A stretch of 64,000 nucleotides of DNA from Auanema rhodensis. Taxonomy: Eukaryota > Animalia > Nematoda. Of the stretch, positions 52,615 through 64,000 are shown one piece after another. Every line of letters starts with the position of its first letter. Position 1 is the stretch's first letter. The translations under genes and the position numbers were made by a program. Below the pieces are notes generated by a model. That model was not told where the DNA came from. It saw nothing but the letters and a program-made list of their open reading frames with translations, and did not search any database. Where the stretch lies: positions 19,902,001 to 19,966,000 of the forward strand of contig OZ059895.1 of assembly GCA_964057225.1 (NCBI GenBank), read 5' to 3'.

Positions 52615-55600
52615 TGTTATCAGATTTGCGCTAGCTTAAAAATGCACCGAGATATCAACTGATATAAGTTAACACTTATATCCTCGATTTTCACCCTGAA
52701 GAATTAATTTTTTTGTTGAATAACATTGTCCATCGTCTTTGCCTTGAAAGAAAGAATCTGAAAACATCTACTTTTTGCTAAATTATTTTGAAATTTTTCG
52801 AAAAAATTTTTGTCAAAATGTTTTTGGAAGCAATGTTGAGTGTACATGGAAACTCAACATACACTAATGCATCATTTTTCAAACGATCATAACTAATTTT
52901 TGTATTGAGCGTTTCTCAATGTAGTATAGTGCATTCGATGCGGATTTTTAAGCTGCGTCGATCTGTGTTATCAGATTTGCGCTAGCTTAAAAATGCACCG
53001 AGATATCAACTGATATATGTTCACACTTAGATCCTCGATTTTCACCCTGAAGAATTAATTTTTTCGTTGAATAACAATGTCCATCGTCTTTGCCTTGAAA
53101 GAAAGAATCTGAAAACATCTACTTTTTGCTAAATTATTTTGAAATTTTTCGAAAAAATTTTTGTCAAAATGTTTTTGGAAGCAATGTTGAGTGTACATGG
53201 AAACTCAACATACACTAATGCATCATTTTTCAAACGATCATAACTAATTTTTGTATTGAGCGTTTCTCAATGTAGTGTAGTGCATTCGATGCGGATTTTT
53301 GAGCTGCGTCGATCTGTGTTTTCAGATTTGCGCTAGCTTAAAAATGCACCGAGATATCAACTGATATATGTTCACACTTAGATCCTCGATTTTCACCCTG
53401 AAGAATTAATTTTTTCGTTGAATAACATTGTCCATCGTCTTTGCCTTGAAAGAAAGAATCTGAAAACATCTACTTTTTGCTAAATTATTTCGAAATTTTT
53501 CGAAAAAATTTTTGTCAAAATGTTTTTGGAAGCAATGTTGAGTGTACATGGAAACTCAACATACACTAATGCATCATTTTTCAAACGATCATAACTAATT
53601 TTTGTATTGAGCGTTTCTCAATGTAGTATAGTGCATTCGATGCGGATTTTTAAGCTGCGTCGATCTGTGTTATCAGATTTGCGCTAGCTGAAAAATGCAC
53701 CGAGATATCAACTGATATATGTTCACACTTAGATCCTCGATTTTCACCCTGAAGAATTAATTTTTTCGTTGAATAACAATGTCCATCGTCTTTGCCTTGA
53801 AAGAAAGAATCTGAAAACATCTACTTTTTGCTAAATTATTTTGAAATTTTTCGAAAAAATTTTTGTCAAAATGTTTTTGGAAGCAATGTTGAGTGTACAT
53901 GGAAACTCAACATACACTAATGCATCATTTTTCAAACGATCATAACTAATTTTTGTATTGAGCGTTTCTCAATGTAGTATAGTGCATTCGATGCGGATTT
54001 TTAAGCTGCGTCGATCTGTGTTATCAGATTTGCGCTAGCTTAAAAATGCACCGAGATATCAACTGATATATGTTCACACTTAGATCCTCGATGTTCACCC
54101 TGAAGAATTAATTTTTTCGTTGAATAACAATGTCCATCGTCTTTGCCTTGAAAGAAAGAATCTGAAAACATCTACTTTTTGCTAAATTATTTTGAAATTT
54201 TTCGAAAAAATTTTTGTCAAAATGTTTTTGGAAGCAATGTTGAGTGTACATGGAAACTCAACATATACTAATGCATCATTTTTCAAACGATCATAACTAA
54301 TTTTTGTATTAAGCGTTTCTCAATGTAGTATAGTGCATTCGATGCGGATTTTTAAGCTGCGTCGATCTGTGTTTTCAGATTTGCGCTAGCTTAAAAATGC
54401 ACCGAGATATCAACTGATATAAGTTCACACTTATATCCTCGATTTTCACCCTGAAGAATTAATTTTTTCGTTGAATAACATTGTCCATCGTCTTTGCCTT
54501 GAAAAAAGGAATCTAAAAACATCTACTTTTTGCTAAATTATTTTGAAATTTTTCGAAAAAATTTTTGTCAAAATGTTTTTGGAAGCAATGTTGAGTGTAC
54601 ATGGAAACTCAACATACACTAATGCATCATTTTTCAAACGATCATAACTAATTTTTGTATTGAGCGTTTCTCAATGTAGTATAGTGCATTCGATGCGGAT
54701 TTTTAAGCTGCGTCGATCTGTGTTATCAGATTTGCGCTAGCTGAAAAATGCACCGAGATATCAACTGATATATGTTCACACTTAGATCCTCGATTTTCAC
54801 CCTGAAGAATTAATTTTTTCGTTGAATAACAATGTCCATCGTCTTTGCCTTGAAAGAAAGAATCTGAAAACATCTACTTTTTGCTAAATTATTTTGAAAT
54901 TTTTCGAAAAAATTTTTGTCAAAATGTTTTTGGAAGCAATGTTGAGTGTACATGGAAACTCAACATACACTAATGCATCATTTTTCAAACGATCATAACT
55001 AATTTTTGTATTGAGCGTTTCTCAATGTAGTATAGTGCATTCGATGCGGATTTTTAAGCTGCGTCGATCTGTGTTTTCAGATTTGCGCTAGCTTAAAAAT
55101 GCACCGAGATATCAACTGATATAAGTTCACACTTACATCCTCGATTTTCACCCTGAAGAATTAATTTTTTCGTTGAATAACATTGTCCATCGTCTTTGCC
55201 TTGAAAAAAAGAATCTGAAAACATCTACTTTTTGCTAAATTATTTTGAAATTTTTCGAAAAAATTTTTGTCAAAATGTTTTTGGAAGCAATGTTGAGTGT
55301 ACATGGAAACTCAACATATACTAATGCATCATTTTTCAAACGATCATAACTAATTTTTGTATTAAGCGTTTCTCAATGTAGTATAGTGCATTCGATGCGG
55401 ATTTTTAAGCTGCGTCGATCTGTGTTTTCAGATTTGCGCTAGCTTAAAAATGCACCGAGATATCAACTGATATAAGTTCACACTTACATCCTCGATTTTC
55501 ACCCTGAAGAATTAATTTTTTCGTTGAATAACATTGTCCATCGTCTTTGCCTTGAAAAAAAGAATCTGAAAACATCTACTTTTTGCTAAATTATTTTGAA

Positions 55601-58600
55601 ATTTTTCGAAAAAATTTTTGTCAAAATGTTTTTGGAAGCAATGTTGAGTGTACATGGAAACTCAACATATACTAATGCATCATTTTTCAAACGATCATAA
55701 CTAATTTTTGTATTGAGCGTTTCTCAATGTAGTATAGTGCATTCGATGCGGATTTTTAAGCTGCGTCGATCTGTGTTATCAGATTTGCGCTAGCTTAAAA
55801 ATGCACCGAGATATCAACTGATATATGTTCACACTTAGATCCTCGATTTTCACCCTGAAGAATTAATTTTTTCGTTGAATAACAATGTCCATCGTCTTTG
55901 CCTTGAAAGAAAGAATCTGAAAACATCTACTTTTTGATAAATTATTTTGAAATTTTTCGAAAAAATTTTTGTCAAAATGTTTTTGGAAGCAATGTTGAGT
56001 GTACATGGAAACTCAACATATACTAATGCATCATTTTTCAAACGATCATAACTAATTTTTGTATTAAGCGTTTCTCAATGTAGTATAGTGCATTCGATGC
56101 GGATTTTTAAGCTGCGTCGATCTGTGTTTTCAGATTTGCGCTAGCTTAAAAATGCACCGAGATATCAACTGATATAAGTTCACACTTATATCCTCGATTT
56201 TCACCCTGAAGAATTAATTTTTTCGTTGAATAACATTGTCCATCGTCTTTGCCTTGAAAAAAGGAATCTAAAAACATCTACTTTTTGCTAAATTATTTTG
56301 AAATTTTTCGAAAAAATTTTTGTCAAAATGTTTTTGGAAGCAATGTTGAGTGTACATGGAAACTCAACATATACTAATGCATCATTTTTCAAACGATCAT
56401 AACTAATTTTGGTATTAAGCGTTTCTCAATGTAGTATAGTGCATTCGATGCGGATTTTTAAGCTGCGTCGATCTGTGTTTTCAGATTTGCGCTAGCTTAA
56501 AAATGCACCGAGATATCAACTGATATAAGTTCACACTTATATCCTCGATTTTCACCCTGAAGAATTAATTTTTTCGTTGAATAACATTGTCCATCGTCTT
56601 TGCCTTGAAAAAAGGAATCTAAAAACATCTACTTTTTGCTAAATTATTTTGAAATTTTTCGAAAAAATTTTTGTCAAAATGTTTTTGGAAGCAATGTTGA
56701 GTGTACATGGAAACTCAACATACACTAATGCATCATTTTTCAAACGATCATAACTAATTTTTGTATTGAGCGTTTCTCAATGTAGTATAGTGCATTCGAT
56801 GCGGATTTTTAAGCTGCGTCGATCTGTGTTTTCAGATTTGCGCTAGCTTAAAAATGCACCGAGATATCAACTGATATAAGTTCACACTTACATCCTCGAT
56901 TTTCACCCTGAAGAATTAATTTTTTCGTTGAATAACATTGTCCATCGTCTTTGCCTTGAAAGAAAGAATCTGAAAACATCTACTTTTTGCTAAATTATTT
57001 TGAAATTTTTCGAAAAAATTTTTGTCAAAATGTTTTTGGAAGCAATGTTGAGTGTACATGGAAACTCAACATACACTAATGCATCATTTTTCAAACGATC
57101 ATAACTAATTTTTGTATTGAGCGTTTCTCAATGTAGTATAGTGCATTCGATGCGGATTTTTAAGCTGCGTCGATCTGTGTTATCAGATTTGCGCTAGCTT
57201 AAAAATGCACCGAGATATCAACTGATATATGTTCACACTTAGATCCTCGATTTTCACCCTGAAGAATTAATTTTTTCGTTGAATAACAATGTCCATCGTC
57301 TTTGCCTTGAAAGAAAGAATCTGAAAACATCTACTTTTTGCTAAATTATTTTGAAATTTTTCGAAAAAATTTTTGTCAAAATGTTTTTGGAAGCAATGTT
57401 GAGTGTACATGGAAACTCAACATATACTAATGCATCATTTTTCAAACGATCATAACTAATTTTTGTATTAAGCGTTTCTCAATGTAGTATAGTGCATTCG
57501 AAGCGGATTTTTAAGCTGCGTCGATCTGTGTTTTCAGATTTGCGCTAGCTTAAAAATGCACCGAGATATCAACTGATATAAGTTCACACTTATATCCTCG
57601 ATTTTCACCCTGAAGAATTAATTTTTTCGTTGAATAACATTGTCCATCGTCTTTGCCTTGAAAAAAGGAATCTAAAAACATCTACTTTTTGCTAAATTAT
57701 TTTGAAATTTTTCGAAAAAATTTTTGTCAAAATGTTTTTGGAAGCAATGTTGAGTGTACATGGAAACTCAACATACACTAATGCATCATTTTTCAAACGA
57801 TCATAACTAATTTTTGTATTGAGCGTTTCTCAATGTAGTATAGTGCATTCGATGCGGATTTTTAAGCTGCGTCGATCTGTGTTTTCAGATTTGCGCTAGC
57901 TTAAAAATGCACCGAGATATCAACTGATATAAGTTCACACTTACATCCTCGATTTTCACCCTGAAGAATTAATTTTTTCGTTGAATAACATTGTCCATCG
58001 TCTTTGCCTTGAAAGAAAGAATCTGAAAACATCTACTTTTTGCTAAATTATTTTGAAATTTTTCGAAAAAATTTTTGTCAAAATGTTTTTGGAAGCAATG
58101 TTGAGTGTACATGGAAACTCAACATACACTAATGCATCATTTTTCAAACGATCATAACTAATTTTTGTATTGAGCGTTTCTCAATGTAGTATAGTGCATT
58201 CGATGCGGATTTTTAAGCTGCGTCGATCTGTGTTTTCAGATTTGCGCTAGCTTAAAAATGCACCGAGATATCAACTGATATAAGTTCACACTTACATCCT
58301 CGATTTTCACCCTGAAGAATTAATTTTTTCGTTGAATAACATTGTCCATCGTCTTTGCCTTGAAAAAAAGAATCTGAAAACATCTACTTTTTGCTAAATT
58401 ATTTTGAAATTTTTCGAAAAAATTTTTGTCAAAATGTTTTTGGAAGCAATGTTGAGTGTACATGGAAACTCAACATATACTAATGCATCATTTTTCAAAC
58501 GATCATAACTAATTTTTGTATTGAGCGTTTCTCAATGTAGTATAGTGCATTCGATGCGGATTTTTAAGCTGCGTCGATCTGTGTTATCAGATTTGCGCTA

Positions 58601-61600
58601 GCTTAAAAATGCACCGAGATATCAACTGATATATGTTCACACTTAGATCCTCGATTTTCACCCTGAAGAATTAATTTTTTCGTTGAATAACAATGTCCAT
58701 CGTCTTTGCCTTGAAAGAAAGAATCTGAAAACATCTACTTTTTGATAAATTATTTTGAAATTTTTCGAAAAAATTTTTGTCAAAATGTTTTTGGAAGCAA
58801 TGTTGAGTGTACATGGAAACTCAACATATACTAATGCATCATTTTTCAAACGATCATAACTAATTTTTGTATTAAGCGTTTCTCAATGTAGTATAGTGCA
58901 TTCGATGCGGATTTTTAAGCTGCGTCGATCTGTGTTTTCAGATTTGCGCTAGCTTAAAAATGCACCGAGATATCAACTGATATAAGTTCACACTTATATC
59001 CTCGATTTTCACCCTGAAGAATTAATTTTTTCGTTGAATAACATTGTCCATCGTCTTTGCCTTGAAAAAAGGAATCTAAAAACATCTACTTTTTGCTAAA
59101 TTATTTTGAAATTTTTCGAAAAAATTTTTGTCAAAATGTTTTTGGAAGCAATGTTGAGTGTACATGGAAACTCAACATATACTAATGCATCATTTTTCAA
59201 ACGATCATAACTAATTTTTGTATTAAGCGTTTCTCAATGTAGTATAGTGCATTCGATGCGGATTTTTAAGCTGCGTCGATCTGTGTTTTCAGATTTGCGC
59301 TAGCTTAAAAATGCACCGAGATATCAACTGATATAAGTTCACACTTATATCCTCGATTTTCACCCTGAAGAATTAATTTTTTCGTTGAATAACATTGTCC
59401 ATCGTCTTTGCCTTGAAAAAAGGAATCTAAAAACATCTACTTTTTGCTAAATTATTTTGAAATTTTTCGAAAAAATTTTTGTCAAAATGTTTTTGGAAGC
59501 AATGTTGAGTGTACATGGAAACTCAACATACACTAATGCATCATTTTTCAAACGATCATAACTAATTTTTGTATTGAGCGTTTCTCAATGTAGTATAGTG
59601 CATTCGATGCGGATTTTTAAGCTGCGTCGATCTGTGTTTTCAGATTTGCGCTAGCTTAAAAATGCACCGAGATATCAACTGATATAAGTTCACACTTATA
59701 TCCTCGATTTTCACCCTGAAGAATTAATTTTTTCGTTGAATAACATTGTCCATCGTCTTTGCCTTGAAAAAAGGAATCTAAAAACATCTACTTTTTGCTA
59801 AATTATTTTGAAATTTTTCGAAAAAATTTTTGTCAAAATGTTTTTGGAAGCAATGTTGAGTGTACATGGAAACTCAACATACACTAATGCATCATTTTTC
59901 AAACGATCATAACTAATTTTTGTATTGAGCGTTTCTCAATGTAGTATAGTGCATTCGATGCGGATTTTTAAGCTGCGTCGATCTGTGTTTTCAGATTTGC
60001 GCTAGCTTAAAAATGCACCGAGATATCAACTGATATAAGTTCACACTTACATCCTCGATTTTCACCCTGAAGAATTAATTTTTTCGTTGAATAACATTGT
60101 CCATCGTCTTTGCCTTGAAAGAAAGAATCTGAAAACATCTACTTTTTGCTAAATTATTTTGAAATTTTTCGAAAAAATTTTTGTCAAAATGTTTTTGGAA
60201 GCAATGTTGAGTGTACATGGAAACTCAACATACACTAATGCATCATTTTTCAAACGATCATAACTAATTTTTGTATTGAGCGTTTCTCAATGTAGTATAG
60301 TGCATTCGATGCGGATTTTTAAGCTGCGTCGATCTGTGTTATCAGATTTGCGCTAGCTTAAAAATGCACCGAGATATCAACTGATATATGTTCACACTTA
60401 GATCCTCGATTTTCACCCTGAAGAATTAATTTTTTCGTTGAATAACAATGTCCATCGTCTTTGCCTTGAAAGAAAGAATCTGAAAACATCTACTTTTTGC
60501 TAAATTATTTTGAAATTTTTCGAAAAAATTTTTGTCAAAATGTTTTTGGAAGCAATGTTGAGTGTACATGGAAACTCAACATATACTAATGCATCATTTT
60601 TCAAACGATCATAACTAATTTTTGTATTAAGCGTTTCTCAATGTAGTATAGTGCATTCGAAGCGGATTTTTAAGCTGCGTCGATCTGTGTTTTCAGATTT
60701 GCGCTAGCTTAAAAATGCACCGAGATATCAACTGATATAAGTTCACACTTATATCCTCGATTTTCACCCTGAAGAATTAATTTTTTCGTTGAATAACATT
60801 GTCCATCGTCTTTGCCTTGAAAAAAGGAATCTAAAAACATCTACTTTTTGCTAAATTATTTTGAAATTTTTCGAAAAAATTTTTGTCAAAATGTTTTTGG
60901 AAGCAATGTTGAGTGTACATGGAAACTCAACATACACTAATGCATCATTTTTCAAACGATCATAACTAATTTTTGTATTGAGCGTTTCTCAATGTAGTAT
61001 AGTGCATTCGATGCGGATTTTTAAGCTGCGTCGATCTGTGTTTTCAGATTTGCGCTAGCTTAAAAATGCACCGAGATATCAACTGATATAAGTTCACACT
61101 TACATCCTCGATTTTCACCCTGAAGAATTAATTTTTTCGTTGAATAACATTGTCCATCGTCTTTGCCTTGAAAAAAAGAATCTGAAAACATCTACTTTTT
61201 GCTAAATTATTTTGAAATTTTTCGAAAAAATTTTTGTCAAAATGTTTTTGGAAGCAATGTTGAGTGTACATGGAAACTCAACATACACTAATGCATCATT
61301 TTTCAAACGATCATAACTAATTTTTGTATTGAGCGTTTCTCAATGTAGTATAGTGCATTCGATGCGGATTTTTAAGCTGCGTCGATCTGTGTTTTCAGAT
61401 TTGCGCTAGCTTAAAAATGCACCGAGATATCAACTGATATAAGTTCACACTTACATCCTCGATTTTCACCCTGAAGAATTAATTTTTTCGTTGAATAACA
61501 TTGTCCATCGTCTTTGCCTTGAAAAAAAGAATCTGAAAACATCTACTTTTTGCTAAATTATTTTGAAATTTTTCGAAAAAATTTTTGTCAAAATGTTTTT

Positions 61601-64000
61601 GGAAGCAATGTTGAGTGTACATGGAAACTCAACATATACTAATGCATCATTTTTCAAACGATCATAACTAATTTTTGTATTGAGCGTTTCTCAATGTAGT
61701 ATAGTGCATTCGATGCGGATTTTTAAGCTGCGTCGATCTGTGTTATCAGATTTGCGCTAGCTTGAAAATGCACCGAGATATCAACTGATATATGTTCACA
61801 CTTAGATCCTCGATTTTCACCCTGAAGAATTAATTTTTTCGTTGAATAACAATGTCCATCGTCTTTGCCTTGAAAGAAAGAATCTGAAAACATCTACTTT
61901 TTGATAAATTATTTTGAAATTTTTCGAAAAAATTTTTGTCAAAATGTTTTTGGAAGCAATGTTGAGTGTACATGGAAACTCAACATATACTAATGCATCA
62001 TTTTTCAAACGATCATAACTAATTTTTGTATTAAGCGTTTCTCAATGTAGTATAGTGCATTCGATGCGGATTTTTAAGCTGCGTCGATCTGTGTTTTCAG
62101 ATTTGCGCTAGCTTAAAAATGCACCGAGATATCAACTGATATAAGTTCACACTTATATCCTCGATTTTCACCCTGAAGAATTAATTTTTTCGTTGAATAA
62201 CATTGTCCATCGTCTTTGCCTTGAAAAAAGGAATCTAAAAACATCTACTTTTTGCTAAATTATTTTGAAATTTTTCGAAAAAATTTTTGTCAAAATGTTT
62301 TTGGAAGCAATGTTGAGTGTACATGGAAACTCAACATATACTAATGCATCATTTTTCAAACGATCATAACTAATTTTTGTATTAAGCGTTTCTCAATGTA
62401 GTATAGTGCATTCGATGCGGATTTTTAAGCTGCGTCGATCTGTGTTTTCAGATTTGCGCTAGCTTAAAAATGCACCGAGATATCAACTGATATAAGTTCA
62501 CACTTATATCCTCGATTTTCACCCTGAAGAATTAATTTTTTCGTTGAATAACATTGTCCATCGTCTTTGCCTTGAAAAAAGGAATCTAAAAACATCTACT
62601 TTTTGCTAAATTATTTTGAAATTTTTCGAAAAAATTTTTGTCAAAATGTTTTTGGAAGCAATGTTGAGTGTACATGGAAACTCAACATACACTAATGCAT
62701 CATTTTTCAAACGATCATAACTAATTTTTGTATTGAGCGTTTCTCAATGTAGTATAGTGCATTCGATGCGGATTTTTAAGCTGCGTCGATCTGTGTTTTC
62801 AGATTTGCGCTAGCTTAAAAATGCACCGAGATATCAACTGATATAAGTTCACACTTACATCCTCGATTTTCACCCTGAAGAATTAATTTTTTCGTTGAAT
62901 AACATTGTCCATCGTCTTTGCCTTGAAAAAAAGAATCTGAAAACATCTACTTTTTGCTAAATTATTTTGAAATTTTTCGAAAAAATTTTTGTCAAAATGT
63001 TTTTGGAAGCAATGTTGAGTGTACATGGAAACTCAACATATACTAATGCATCATTTTTCAAACGATCATAACTAATTTTTGTATTGAGCGTTTCTCAATG
63101 TAGTATAGTGCATTCGATGCGGATTTTTAAGCTGCGTCGATCTGTGTTATCAGATTTGCGCTAGCTTAAAAATGCACCGAGATATCAACTGATATATGTT
63201 CACACTTAGATCCTCGATTTTCACCCTGAAGAATTAATTTTTTCGTTGAATAACAATGTCCATCGTCTTTGCCTTGAAAGAAAGAATCTGAAAACATCTA
63301 CTTTTTGATAAATTATTTTGAAATTTTTCGAAAAAATTTTTGTCAAAATGTTTTTGGAAGCAATGTTGAGTGTACATGGAAACTCAACATATACTAATGC
63401 ATCATTTTTCAAACGATCATAACTAATTTTTGTATTAAGCGTTTCTCAATGTAGTATAGTGCATTCGATGCGGATTTTTAAGCTGCGTCGATCTGTGTTT
63501 TCAGATTTGCGCTAGCTTAAAAATGCACCGAGATATCAACTGATATAAGTTCACACTTATATCCTCGATTTTCACCCTGAAGAATTAATTTTTTCGTTGA
63601 ATAACATTGTCCATCGTCTTTGCCTTGAAAAAAGGAATCTAAAAACATCTACTTTTTGCTAAATTATTTTGAAATTTTTCGAAAAAATTTTTGTCAAAAT
63701 GTTTTTGGAAGCAATGTTGAGTGTACATGGAAACTCAACATACACTAATGCATCATTTTTCAAACGATCATAACTAATTTTTGTATTGAGCGTTTCTCAA
63801 TGTAGTATAGTGCATTCGATGCGGATTTTTAAGCTGCGTCGATCTGTGTTTTCAGATTTGCGCTAGCTTAAAAATGCACCGAGATATCAACTGATATAAG
63901 TTCACACTTACATCCTCGATTTTCACCCTGAAGAATTAATTTTTTCGTTGAATAACATTGTCCATCGTCTTTGCCTTGAAAAAAAGAATCTGAAAACATC
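52615..64000. repeat. Satellite layer C: only 351-bp monomers, 4/8/9-mer periodicity
   Basis: Exact 351 spacing holds from 52615 to 63847. The layer-specific TTTTGATAAATT allele occurs in monomers 55774, 58582, 61741 and 63145 (spacing 2808, 3159, 1404). Confidence 0.9.

Larger units (their letters stand above)
1..64000. repeat. Tandem satellite DNA array, 351-bp AT-rich monomer, 182 full copies plus a 154-bp partial; array runs off both window ends
   Basis: TGTT(T/A)TCAGATTTGCGCTAGC recurs at 1, 352, 703, 1054 ... 63496, 63847. The arithmetic closes: 63846 = 182x351 - 32 (single-base deletions) - 4 (one lesion). All copies are in the same orientation and no non-satellite sequence was seen. 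Confidence 0.99.

Noticed and set aside
9552-63412. Repeated 63-, 70- and 79-aa ORFs as a tandem gene family or two-gene operon (for example toxin-antitoxin)
   Set aside because: They are open only in a minority of monomers where SNPs remove stops. The 63-aa ORF starts at TTG, no domain is recognisable, and there is no synonymous bias or separate intergenic sequence.
1-64000. CRISPR array (28-bp palindrome at regular spacing)
   Set aside because: The sequence between palindromes is about 323 bp and near-identical in every unit. There are no unique spacers and no cas genes.

Overview
The whole 64 kb window is one uninterrupted head-to-tail satellite DNA array, with no genes, RNA genes, transposon insertions or inversions. 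The monomer is 351 bp and about 69% AT. In the register starting TGTT(T/A)TCAGATTTGCGC there are 182 complete monomers plus a 154 bp partial one. Of these, 32 carry a 1-bp deletion (350 bp), and one of the 32 also has a unique net 4-bp complex lesion (346 bp). Monomers differ at only a couple of dozen recurrent sites. These sites resolve three layers (A about 1-18.6 kb, B about 18.6-52.6 kb, C 52.6-64 kb) and nested higher-order repeats (2-, 3-, 4-, 5-, 6-, 8/9-, 10-, 14-, 15-, 18- and 19/20-mers). Each monomer is rich in dyad symmetry, including a 51-nt imperfect hairpin, a mutually exclusive alternative hairpin, a 28-bp imperfect palindrome, and a 12-bp inverted repeat spanning 152 bp. CpG is not depleted (o/e about 1.4). 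The array looks like eukaryotic, probably invertebrate, (peri)centromeric or heterochromatic satellite. I cannot assign it to a named family or species. The repeated 63/70/79-aa ORFs are most likely by-products of the repeat.
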